Positions 1-9,480 of a DNA stretch of 64,000 bases are shown here, one piece after another; the first letter of the stretch is position 1, and the number at the start of each line of letters is the position of its first letter. Under the pieces are notes generated by a model. The model saw only the letters and a program-made list of their open reading frames with translations, had not been told where the DNA came from and searched no databases. A program made the position numbers and the translations under genes. Source of the stretch: an uncultured Methanosarcinaceae archaeon (GTDB lineage Archaea; Halobacteriota; Methanosarcinia; Methanosarcinales; Methanosarcinaceae); the NCBI GenBank assembly GCA_963833425.1, contig CAWHXP010000012.1, forward strand, positions 50,400 to 114,399, read 5' to 3'.

Positions 1-1028
1 TTTCTACACTTTACATTATCCTCAAATCAAAGGAATTGCAAAAATTGGCAAGTTGATGTACTTTATCTGGGAATATATTTTTGGAGGTAGGCCTCGGATA
101 GGACTCACTTATAACACACTACTTCTTAATAATAATGTTCTTTTTAGCAAATTTATTTCGAATGTTCTTACAAATACCAATTCGTTTAGTTGTACAAATT
201 CATCTGACACTAGCATTTTTTGGGGTATATTAGCAAACCTAATGACAAAATCACTAAGAATAAACTAAAAAAGGATCTTTGATATTTCGACTGTAGAATT
301 CATAATCACTTTTGAATTATGGCAATACGGATCTAATTTATAAAAACTCCTTGTGAAAATCACACAATATGCTGTGTATACATAAATTTTCTATCAAAGC
401 TATGCATTAATAAAAACGATAAAATCCTATTTTTTTGTGCCTCTTAAATCATAGCAATTTTACAGTCAACGAGACCAAAATATCTTTTGGATAGTTATTT
501 GTTAAAATAATTATACAGATATAAATAACAGTATATCCACAAGATATAGAAATTACACTTAAAAAATGAGCTATATAGATAATAAATTTACAAAGTATAA
601 AAGCTAATATCATTCTGTACGACATCTGAGCATTTTGTTCGAAATAAATTGGATACCGTTGATGTTCGCATCCTCAACAGTATCTACCTCTCCTATTCAT
701 CATAAAGTTTGATTTCTATACTGATTAATTTTTGCAATGCTCAAACCATACACCAAGTTCAATAGTCTTGCGCTTGAGCATGCGTTATATATATACTAAA
801 AAATAAGCTAATTATTATAAACAAAAAAAAAATCACGTTGTTAAATTATAAATGTAATTACATATTGAATAATCCCAAAATTTCTGAAAAAGAGTTGAAA
901 TAATACCACTTTAATACTTTATTAAATGTGGGGGGGGCTGAAAGAATGATATACTTTAACATTAATTTTATTGCGTGTTTATGCACACGACTTAGGACTA
1001 TAAAGTAAGGATAAGTGAATTAGATGTA

Positions 1029-2073
1029 TTGAAGGGGGTCGCAATACTACTAATAGTCATAGGACATGCGGTTGAATATAATTATAATATAACCAATTTT
1101 CATCAAAACGTTATCTTTAACATTATTTACTTTTTCAGTATGCCATTTTTTATGATTATCAGCGGTTACTTAGCATGGAAGCATACTGACAATAAACCAA
1201 TGTCATATCTGAGACGAAAATTTATAAATTTTATTATCCCTTTCGCATCTGGTACGCCGTTTGCTACGGTCTTATTAGAGTCATGAACACCGTAAAACCA
1301 GGGCTTTACAGAGCAATGGAATAATCGATTACCTCATTCGTGCAGTGTTAAATCCAAGTAACGGATTGTGGCACTTATGGGTTCTATTCCTCAACTTTTG
1401 CATATTATATGTAGCACTAAGATTCGAAAAACTAGTTAGGCCAATCCCATCCATGTTTCTATTCATGATCCTGTTTATAATCTATCACCAATGGATTATT
1501 TTGGATTGAACATAATTAGATGGCATTGGCCATTTTTTTTGCAGCAGGATACATTATAAATAGATATGCCAGGGATCTTAGTAGATTGAAATATTGCATA
1601 TGTATTATCTGTAATAATCGCGATAAAATCGTTCATTGTTTGGATCGGCAGGTCTAATGTTATACCAATAGCTCTTACGAATAAAATTTTTTCTTACCAT
1701 ATAACTAATACGGGAATGATATCTCAGTTAATTGGATACGTTATCGGATTCGCATGGATAGGAATCACAATTTTATTGATCAAGACTTTGATAATTAAAT
1801 CTTCAACACTTCATAGGACATTGTCATTGCTGGGCACCATTACTCTAGATCTCTACGTAAACATCTCTCTAATATTAATATTATTTGCGTAGTTTCCGAT
1901 TAAGTATTTTAAACGATTTGATGAACTTGGTGTATATCTAAATTATACTAATGGCATGTACCTCGATTCTAATTTCTCTTGCAATTTCTTTCCTCATCCT
2001 AAGACGATTTGACATATTGGCTTTGTTATTCCTAGGTAAATACAATAGCAAAAAAAGACGGAAAATAGTATAG
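1029..2073 (+). pseudogene. Acyltransferase-3 (OafA/YrhL-like) membrane protein, fragmented
   Basis: N-terminal LKGVAILLIVIGH and YFFSMPFFMIISGY motifs; hydrophobic segments continue in other frames past the stop at 1286. Confidence 0.7.
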
Positions 2074-2201
2074 TGTTAAGTAACTTGACCATAGTAACAA
2101 AAACTCTTATCAAGTAACATCCTTTGATGCTTGCTAGGCTCATATTTTAGCTGAAATTGAAATTATACATAGGTTATGCTATAAAAACTGTGTATATCAT
2201 A

Positions 2202-4171
2202 TTAGTTGATGTTTTTTGATTTTTCTGCTACCATGAGCCTAATAGTAAATTCCGTTTCATTATTCCTTTTCAGCTTAAGTTCTCCATTTAACTGATTTAC
2301 CAGGTGGTTACCAACTGCATACCAAGACTGTTGGGATTTTCTAAATCGAGACTTTCAGGTATACCTATCCCATCATCTGAAACCTTCAAAATGAAACTGG
2401 TACTCTTAAAACCTTTACATTTGCTTTCTTCTCTGCTATTTATGAGTTCTCCGTTGTCTTCTCTGTGTAGTTTAATATAAATTTTTCCTTCATCTCTTCC
2501 TGAAAATGCATGTTTAAGAGAGTTTGAAACTAATTCATTGACAATTATTCCAAAAGGAACTGCATCATCCATATTTAGAATGCATTTTTTTCCAGATCCA
2601 TGTGCAGGGAAATATTTTTATTATCTAGTTTGTAAGTCTGGAAAAGTGTTTCAACCAATTGTTGAATGTATGCCGATAAATCCAAAGTTTCGAATTTGTT
2701 ACTCTTATATAGTTCTTCATGAATAAGAGCCATAGATCTCACTCTATCTCGGCTTTCTCCGAAAGCTTCTAAAACTTCAAAATCTTTAACCCACTCTCGA
2801 TTTTTAAATTGATCAGCTTGAAGATCCAGTAAGGAAGAAATCACTTGTAAATTGTTCTTGATCCTATGATGCAGTTCTTTCTTTCTGGTTTTTTCAGCTT
2901 TCAATAGAGATTTTTCGCTCTCAATTCGCTGAGTAACATCTCTAGTAATAGCTGAGATAGCTACAAGCTCTCTAGACGCATCATAAATGGAGAAAGAGCC
3001 ATTGAAATATTATATTAACTTACCATCTTTTCTTAACCTTGAAGTTATATAGTGTAGGATCTTTTCTCCCAGCTTAACGTCTTCAATTAACTTCATTGTT
3101 TCACTTTTTAGATCATCCGGTGCGAGTATTGATACGCTTTTTCCGAGAATTTGTTCAGATGAATAATCATAAATCTGCTCTGCACCTTTATTCCAGGTAG
3201 TAATTTTACCATCAGGTGATAAAGTAAGGATAGCATCACTTGATGATTCCACAATATTCACTAAGTTTTGAATTTTCTCTTCAGTTTTTTTCTGCTCAGT
3301 AACATCTTGAACTGTTGATCTCATTCGAATAGGGGTATCTTTCTTCTCAAAAGTAACTTCTCCCTCTGAATGAATTATGCGCTCTTTCCCATAAGCTGAA
3401 ATTATTTTATAATCAATTGCATAAGTCTTTTCTTTTAAAGCTTCTTTAGTGGCATTCTCAACATAATCTCTGTAGTAGGGATCTATACAATTTAAAAATT
3501 TATCATGTTTTATGCCCACTTCTTGAGAATCAAACCCAAAAATACGATACATTTCATCAGACCAGGACATTTCATCAGTTACAAGATTCCAATCCCAATT
3601 TCCGACATGAGCTATCATTTGAGCTTTAGCAAGCCTTGTTTCGCTTTCCTTTAGCGATATATAAGCATCCTCAAGTTCCAATTACGCTTTCTAACTAATT
3701 CTTCTAAATGGTCAAGTGTTTCTTTCAACTTAGCGTTTACTTCGTTGGCTGTCTTTACTATGTAGTCAAATGTTTCTCTTAATTTAGCGTCTACTTCTTT
3801 AGCGGTCTCTACTATTTCGTGGTACTTCTTTTCGCTCTCCTGAAGTTTTCTTTCAAGTTCTTTCTGATCACCTATATCGAATCCATAAATGTTTACTTCT
3901 TTTTCTTCGGGGGTAGGATGAAATGTTACCAAGTATACTTTATTTCCCACTTTAACTTCCATTTTTTTTTCCGGTCTATTCTGGGAAATTACCTTTTGCA
4001 CGAAATCTTCGATATAAGAAGGCAATTTTTCTCCGACTCTCACGTTCCACTCATGTAATAAGGACTCATCCGCCACATTTGAGTAAAGAACAGTCCATCA
4101 GTTCCCAGACTGATAACAGGATTTAAACTGTTTGCCGTAAATCTCTCCAGCTTTATTTTCATTTTATTCAC
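2202..4171 (-). pseudogene. PAS-domain sensor histidine kinase (HisKA_2), multiply frameshifted
   Basis: Four ORF fragments in order: PAS (HVGNWDWN), PAS (ITTWNKGAE), H-box ELHHRIKNNLQ, N-box NELVSNSLKHAF, DDGIG, SLGMQLV. Confidence 0.85.
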
Positions 4172-4542
4172 TTTAGACACTTCTTTTTTGATGGTAGTAT
4201 GCCTATATTTAATGAAGAATTAAATAAAATCACATTTTGACCGAAATAAAAGTGGTTATATTATTCGCCTATTTGGATTTTCTGAATGCCGCTTTCAGCA
4301 GCATGTATAAAAATGAAAATACTGTCAAGAAAAAAAAGTTAATTTAACAATGTCAAGTTAATAGAAATCAGTAAAAAAGAAAGATCTTTGCCCAGACTTG
4401 GTCATGCGATCCGTGGGAGTTAATAGTTATGCAAACAAAGTTTTCTTTCTTTCTAATTTTTATGGATGCATATGTTTTGCTATACAATATCTGTATTTAT
4501 GAAAGCTAGATCTATGCATAATTGTATGTTTATAAACAGAAT

Positions 4543-4755
4543 TCATTCAGGTTCTTCAAAAAATGCAGGATATTCTTCTTTTAATAGCATGAGAAGCTCT
4601 TCATCTAATTTTGCATTGTAAAGTGTTTTCACCTTAGAAAGCTGGAAAAGCGATAAATTCTGAGTTCCTTCAAGGTTAGCTCCTGGAAGGTTAGCCTCTA
4701 CAAGATCAGCTCCTTGAAGATTAGCTCCTTGAAGATTTTTTCCTCTGTGAAACAT
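4543..4755 (-). pseudogene. C-terminal fragment of a pentapeptide-repeat protein
   Basis: ANLQG/ADLVE/ANLPG/ANLEG repeats plus LSKVKTLYNAKLD tail; N-terminus missing. Confidence 0.7.
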
Positions 4756-4957
4756 CCATTTGTAATTATCGGCTTTGAACTAAAATAAACATTACTATAC
4801 TAGGAAAATATCTTCTGTTCTTCAGGATTTAGTTTTTAAAAATGTATTTATTTATAGTTTGAGATTATAAAGCCCACATAAAATAATAATAGAGTAGATG
4901 GAATTAACAGTGAATAGGTTATATGGCGCTTAGACTGCTTTATGTCTTTGTAGCTTA

Positions 4958-5122
4958 AACTTAGATTTTAGACAGTTATATCTTATATTCTATGTCTTTT
5001 TTGTTCAACTGCATAAGTCCTAGAATGTTCTTATAAATCCAGATTGTCAAGTATTACATATACAAAATTTATATTGTTTTTTTGGACAAATTTCAATGTT
5101 ATTCATAAGTAAAGCGTTATTC
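4958..5122. repeat. Third, diverged copy of the sequence upstream of the nikM duplicates
   Basis: Aligns by eye with about 58608-58765 and 52555-52710 (ttagattttagaca...gttcaact.cataagtcctaga...ttggac...attc.taagt.aagc.ttattc). Confidence 0.75.
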
Positions 5123-5546
5123 TTATTCCTAGCTTGAATTCTTCTTGGATCTTAAATAGGTCCCAAAGAAACCAATAGACTGTAGTTCACCAGGACAACT
5201 AAGGATGTATTGGCTTAAACTCAATTCATGTACATGTTTTGTGCTAAAATCTCTGAATTCCCTAGATTTCATCCAGAATAAGAAACATTTCTGATCTATT
5301 ACTCATGGAGCTGATGGGACTCATAGAACATCTGGAGCTCATGGAACATTTGGAACAGTTCGAACTAATTAAAATAAAAAACGATCCTAAATGTGCAAGT
5401 TGGGGGAAAATAAATATATAGCTTTTGTAGATTAATTAAATTTCATAGACTTCATAGATCTTTAATAGGTATAATTAAAACTTCCAGGTATTTATGATCT
5501 TATTTTTAAATTTGGTATCAAGACTTTATACAGAAATTAAAAGATA

Positions 5547-5790
5547 CATTAGTACTTATAAGTTGCAATTACCCGTATAGGGAAGGCGATTACTATAGAC
5601 AAACCTGTATTAAATAAAATGAAGTATAAGGAGTTATATTGTGGCACTAGACATTATAAATAAATTTAAAAATGCATTAGTACTTATGTTTTGCGATCAA
5701 TCTATATTGTACAGGCAATTACTACAAACAACCTGCATTAAATATAATTAAATATAAGGAGCTATATATTATGGGAAAGCCAGATTCAAA
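5547..5790 (+). repeat. Degenerate 128-bp tandem duplication of a leader/RBS unit
   Basis: cattagtacttat at 5547 and 5675; both units carry attacta, acctg.attaaata and tataaggag followed by a GTG (5641) or ATG (5771). Confidence 0.75.
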
Positions 5791-5875
5791 AGTTTCACCT
5801 AAAGTAGATAACGTTAATGCAGAAAAAACAGCTAAACCGATCATAAAAACAGACTCTTCTTCTAAGGTTGTTTAA
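5771..5875 (+). CDS. Putative 34-aa Lys/Ser-rich small protein
   Basis: AAGGAG RBS upstream; MGKPDSKVSPKVDNVNAEKTAKPIIKTDSSSKVV*. Confidence 0.35.
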   Translation: MGKPDSKVSPKVDNVNAEKTAKPIIKTDSSSKVV

Positions 5876-5928
5876 AAATAATGTTAATTATTTTTTAACA
5901 TTATAACCCCATTATTTATAAATAATAT

Positions 5929-6781
5929 TGCGCAGTTGCAAAAAAATCCTTTCTAATGATACAATTGAATAAAAAAACCAAAGATAGTAACATGCTATCT
6001 AATTCCCTTAAATGGAAGCATTATGAAGGGGAAATTATTCTATTAAATGTAAGATGGTACTTAAAATATGCATTAAGTTATAGAAATTTAAAGGAAATGA
6101 TGGCAGAAAGGGGAGTAAAAGTCTACCATACAACAATCATGAGATGGGTACATCAATATTCCCCTGAAATAGAAACGAAAATAAGAAGACATTTAAGACC
6201 AACAAATGATTCGTGGAGAGTTGCTGAAACCTATATCAAAGTAAAAGGTAAATGGAAATATTTTTACCGAGCAGTTGACTCAAATGGAGATACAATTGAT
6301 TTCATGTTAAGTTCAAAACGAAATAGAAAAGCGGCGAAGAGATTCTTTAAGAAAGTTTTGAGTTCTAATCATAATCAAATTCCAAGAGTAATAACCGTTG
6401 ATAAGAATCCAGCTTATCCATCTGCTATAGATAAACTAAAAATTGATAAAATACTACCTAAAAACATAGGCATTCGACAAATCAAGTATTTGAATAACAT
6501 TATAGAACAAGATCACAGATTTATAAAGCGAATCGTTAATCCAATGTTAGGATTTCAGTCTTTTCGATCTGCTAATAAGACTTTAAAAGGAATTGAAGCT
6601 ATAAATATGATCAAAAAAGGACAAGTAATCGATCTAAATTACTCTGTTCTTAATGAAGTCAAATACATTAATCAATTATTTGGTATAGCTTTATAATATT
6701 AGTACATTTTCCTTTAATATTTTGATTTTTATTAATTACTTATAGATTTACATATTTTTTTGAAGTTTTTGCAACGGAACC
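5929..6781 (+). mobile_element. IS6-family insertion sequence
   Basis: Right IR reads GGTTCCGTTGCAAAA on the minus strand; left IR degenerate (tgcgcaGTTGCAAAA); encloses IS6 transposase. Confidence 0.85.
5956..6696 (+). CDS. IS6-family DDE transposase, first catalytic Asp substituted
   Basis: VRWYLKYALSYRNL, YRAVDSNG, VITVDK, LNNIIEQDHR motifs; family WRVDETY reads WRVAETY. Confidence 0.9.
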   Translation: MIQLNKKTKDSNMLSNSLKWKHYEGEIILLNVRWYLKYALSYRNLKEMMAERGVKVYHTTIMRWVHQYSPEIETKIRRHLRPTNDSWRVAETYIKVKGKWKYFYRAVDSNGDTIDFMLSSKRNRKAAKRFFKKVLSSNHNQIPRVITVDKNPAYPSAIDKLKIDKILPKNIGIRQIKYLNNIIEQDHRFIKRIVNPMLGFQSFRSANKTLKGIEAINMIKKGQVIDLNYSVLNEVKYINQLFGIAL

Positions 6782-6911
6782 ATCCCTGGAGATTAAAAAG
6801 TCTCTAATCTCAAGTATCTGTTTCAAGTGTATTTTATATTGTAAAGTTACACTAGGTCACAAAACTTTTCAGATAGGTCCTTAATCGACTTCAACTCCTA
6901 CATATAACTTA

Positions 6912-7358
6912 TCAAAACCTAATTATAAATCCAGTCTTTATTCCCTTCTCAAATCCTACTCGCTCATAGAATCTCAGTACACTTTCTTCCTTTCTTCCGG
7001 TTAACAACACAACTTTATAACAGTCATTATTTTTTGCAACCTCCAAAGCTTTATGCAATATTGCGGTCCCATATCCTCTTTTTCTGTATTCTTTGTGAGT
7101 TACCACATTTTCTATTAATCCAAATGGTCTTCCGCTTCGTGTTAAATTATCTATTATAACCAATGTGCTTGATGAGACTAATACCCCATCAACTTCCACC
7201 ACAAAATAATATCTATTTGGATCATTGAAAATTTTATCCCATAATTTGTTTATGTTATCCGATCCTTTCAAATTAGGATCATCAGGATTTAAATATTGAT
7301 ATAGATCAAGTAATTCATTAAACTCTTCAAATTTTATTAACCTTACTTTATTATTTAT
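6912..7358 (-). CDS. GNAT N-acetyltransferase
   Basis: IENVVTHKEYRKRGYG acetyl-CoA motif and FYERVGF; frame stays open upstream of 7271 to an ATA at 7358 behind GGAG. Confidence 0.8.
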   Translation of the reverse strand: MNNKVRLIKFEEFNELLDLYQYLNPDDPNLKGSDNINKLWDKIFNDPNRYYFVVEVDGVLVSSSTLVIIDNLTRSGRPFGLIENVVTHKEYRKRGYGTAILHKALEVAKNNDCYKVVLLTGRKEESVLRFYERVGFEKGIKTGFIIRF

Positions 7359-8383
7359 GATATCGTGCTCCAGACTGTTATTTTAACGACTTTGCTGTTT
7401 TCCAGTAAAATACTTCCCAGCAAATGTTGCTAGATTTTAACGTAAATATAGGGTCGCTGCCCAAGAAAATATCTGTCAAGAGTCATGTATCCAGTCATTT
7501 TGATTGAAACTTACGTACTTGAAGCACAAAATAGATATATAGTAACCATTTTAAATAGTGTACGTTTTACGTGTAAATTATGTTTTTTCAAAAATTAATT
7601 CCGGTTTTCCTTTAATAGTTTTTAGATTTATGGATGTTTCTATTGGCTTTAACATTTCTCTGATCTTTTAAGACCATATTACAGGTCATTGGAAGAATAT
7701 ATGGTATTTTGGTGCATATTTGCAGAAATTGAGTTTTATTAATTGAAAGTAAATAATTGTGCAAAATATCACTATTAGGATATTTTCGGAAACCTAGACT
7801 GTATAGAATAAGGTTGTAATATTATTAGTTTGTTATTTAAGTTTAGGTATGTTTATATTACCTAAATGTTAAACTTTTAGAAACCAAAATGATTTTTACA
7901 GGCAGATAATATGAGAGTTTTAAAAATTATGTTGCCCACCAATAAAGAGTTGATGTTTATAAAGAAAAATCATAGACTTGTTCATTGCATGCAATTCTCT
8001 ATGAGATCTAATTTATGGTTCTCTGCAATGGGATAACTTAAAAAATTAATATATTTAAACAGGGAATTCTAAAGTGAAAATAGCAACTAGCTAACAGAGA
8101 AAGACTGAATCAAGAATTCGATATAAAATTAAAATGAACCCTTTTTTTGGAAAAACTCAGTGTTAGATTCGTGAAGATATTGTAAAGACTCAAAACATGA
8201 TCCATATTAAATTTTTGTTCGATTTCAAAATATTTTATGCAGAAGTAAATTTTACTCATAAACTATTTTTGTATAATTAATTTAAATAACTAATAGTGAA
8301 AATAAATATTGTAGCCGAGAGCGAACAGATAATGAAAGAATAAAAAATGACCGCTATAGTGTGTGAGTATCTTGGGTAATTAT

Positions 8384-8471
8384 AGAAATTTCGATAAGCC
8401 TCCGATTTCAACGAATTTCGGATATTTACTTTGTAGACGACCAGCAAAAAATTAGGTCTATCGAAATCCTT
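8384..8471. mobile_element. MITE family A (about 89 bp, IS5-type ends)
   Basis: Ends AGAAATTTCGATAA / TATCGAAATCCT match the IRs of the IS5 at 18899; interior similar to the 60484 copy. Confidence 0.7.
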
Positions 8472-9219
8472 TTTTTATAAACAAGATTGCTTGAATGGCG
8501 TCGTTCCATTTCATGGTACAAAGGTAGCTTAAACATAGATAATTTATTTAATAACAGTTCACAGGAAGTTTTCATCCACTATAAAAAGTTGCATGGTATT
8601 TTACCTTAAGGTCGAATACAGAAATTAGTGGAAAGATTTGGGCACGATTACCGGTAAGGTAAAAGATCAAAGATAAATAGGAATCTTCTAAATATTTCGT
8701 TTTTGTTAGCAATGGAAAGGGAGATGTTGAGTAAAAAGAGTTAAGAGTTTAGGACATTTAAGACTGTCAAGTTTACGTACATCTCATAAGATTAATATAT
8801 TTTTCCGCATGAAGGACCATTTATGTAATTATCAGCCAATTTATATTTGTCCATTGTTTTCAAATATATTATTAATATTTGAATGAGAATTGAGACAGAG
8901 TGAACAGAATTCTTGTTAACTGCTATACTCACAACAGTATGAAAAATGTATTTGTGTACAAGTAATCATGGCCTTGATAACTTATATACTGTTTGAAGAA
9001 TCATCATTAGCATCAATAGATTTTTTTGACTTCAATTCCATTTTAGGACTACAATGAGACACATATAATAAAGAAAAAAATATCGACGCGTTTTCATCAC
9101 TTATAATAAAATATGCAGCATCTTTTATGGAGGAATTCGGATTAGTAGAGCACTAAATTTGGATGAAAGTCCATTATTTTTTTAAAAACTAGAGAAAAAC
9201 AGAAAAATTAAGATAAATA

Positions 9220-9308
9220 GATGATTTCGATAAACATCGAATTTTCACGAATTATTTTTACACCAGTTATGTGCATTTAAAAAAATTTAGTGATTTATCG
9301 GAATCCTC
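9220..9308. mobile_element. MITE family A copy
   Basis: GATGATTTCGATAAA ... TTTATCGGAATCCTC, 89 bp. Confidence 0.65.
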
Positions 9309-9402
9309 GATATTCAATTGACTTCAATAAATAAAAAACCCAGAAAATAATTATAATTTTCAGAATCAAAGGGAAAAATAAAGAAAAAATTGGAAATAAA
9401 AT

Positions 9403-9432
9403 TTAGGATGAAAAGATTGAACCTCATCCTAA
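9403..9432 (-). terminator. Hairpin downstream of the surface-protein gene
   Basis: TTAGGATGA-N12-TCATCCTAA followed by T-rich tracts on the minus strand. Confidence 0.45.
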
Positions 9433-9480
9433 CTTTCTTATGCACTGAAATTTTTCGCTCAAATTTTCTTATTTTATGTT

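Noticed and set aside
5301..5367. 9-nt ggaactcat-like repeats (Gly-X-X pattern)
   Set aside because: Short, no start or context; at most a gene relic.
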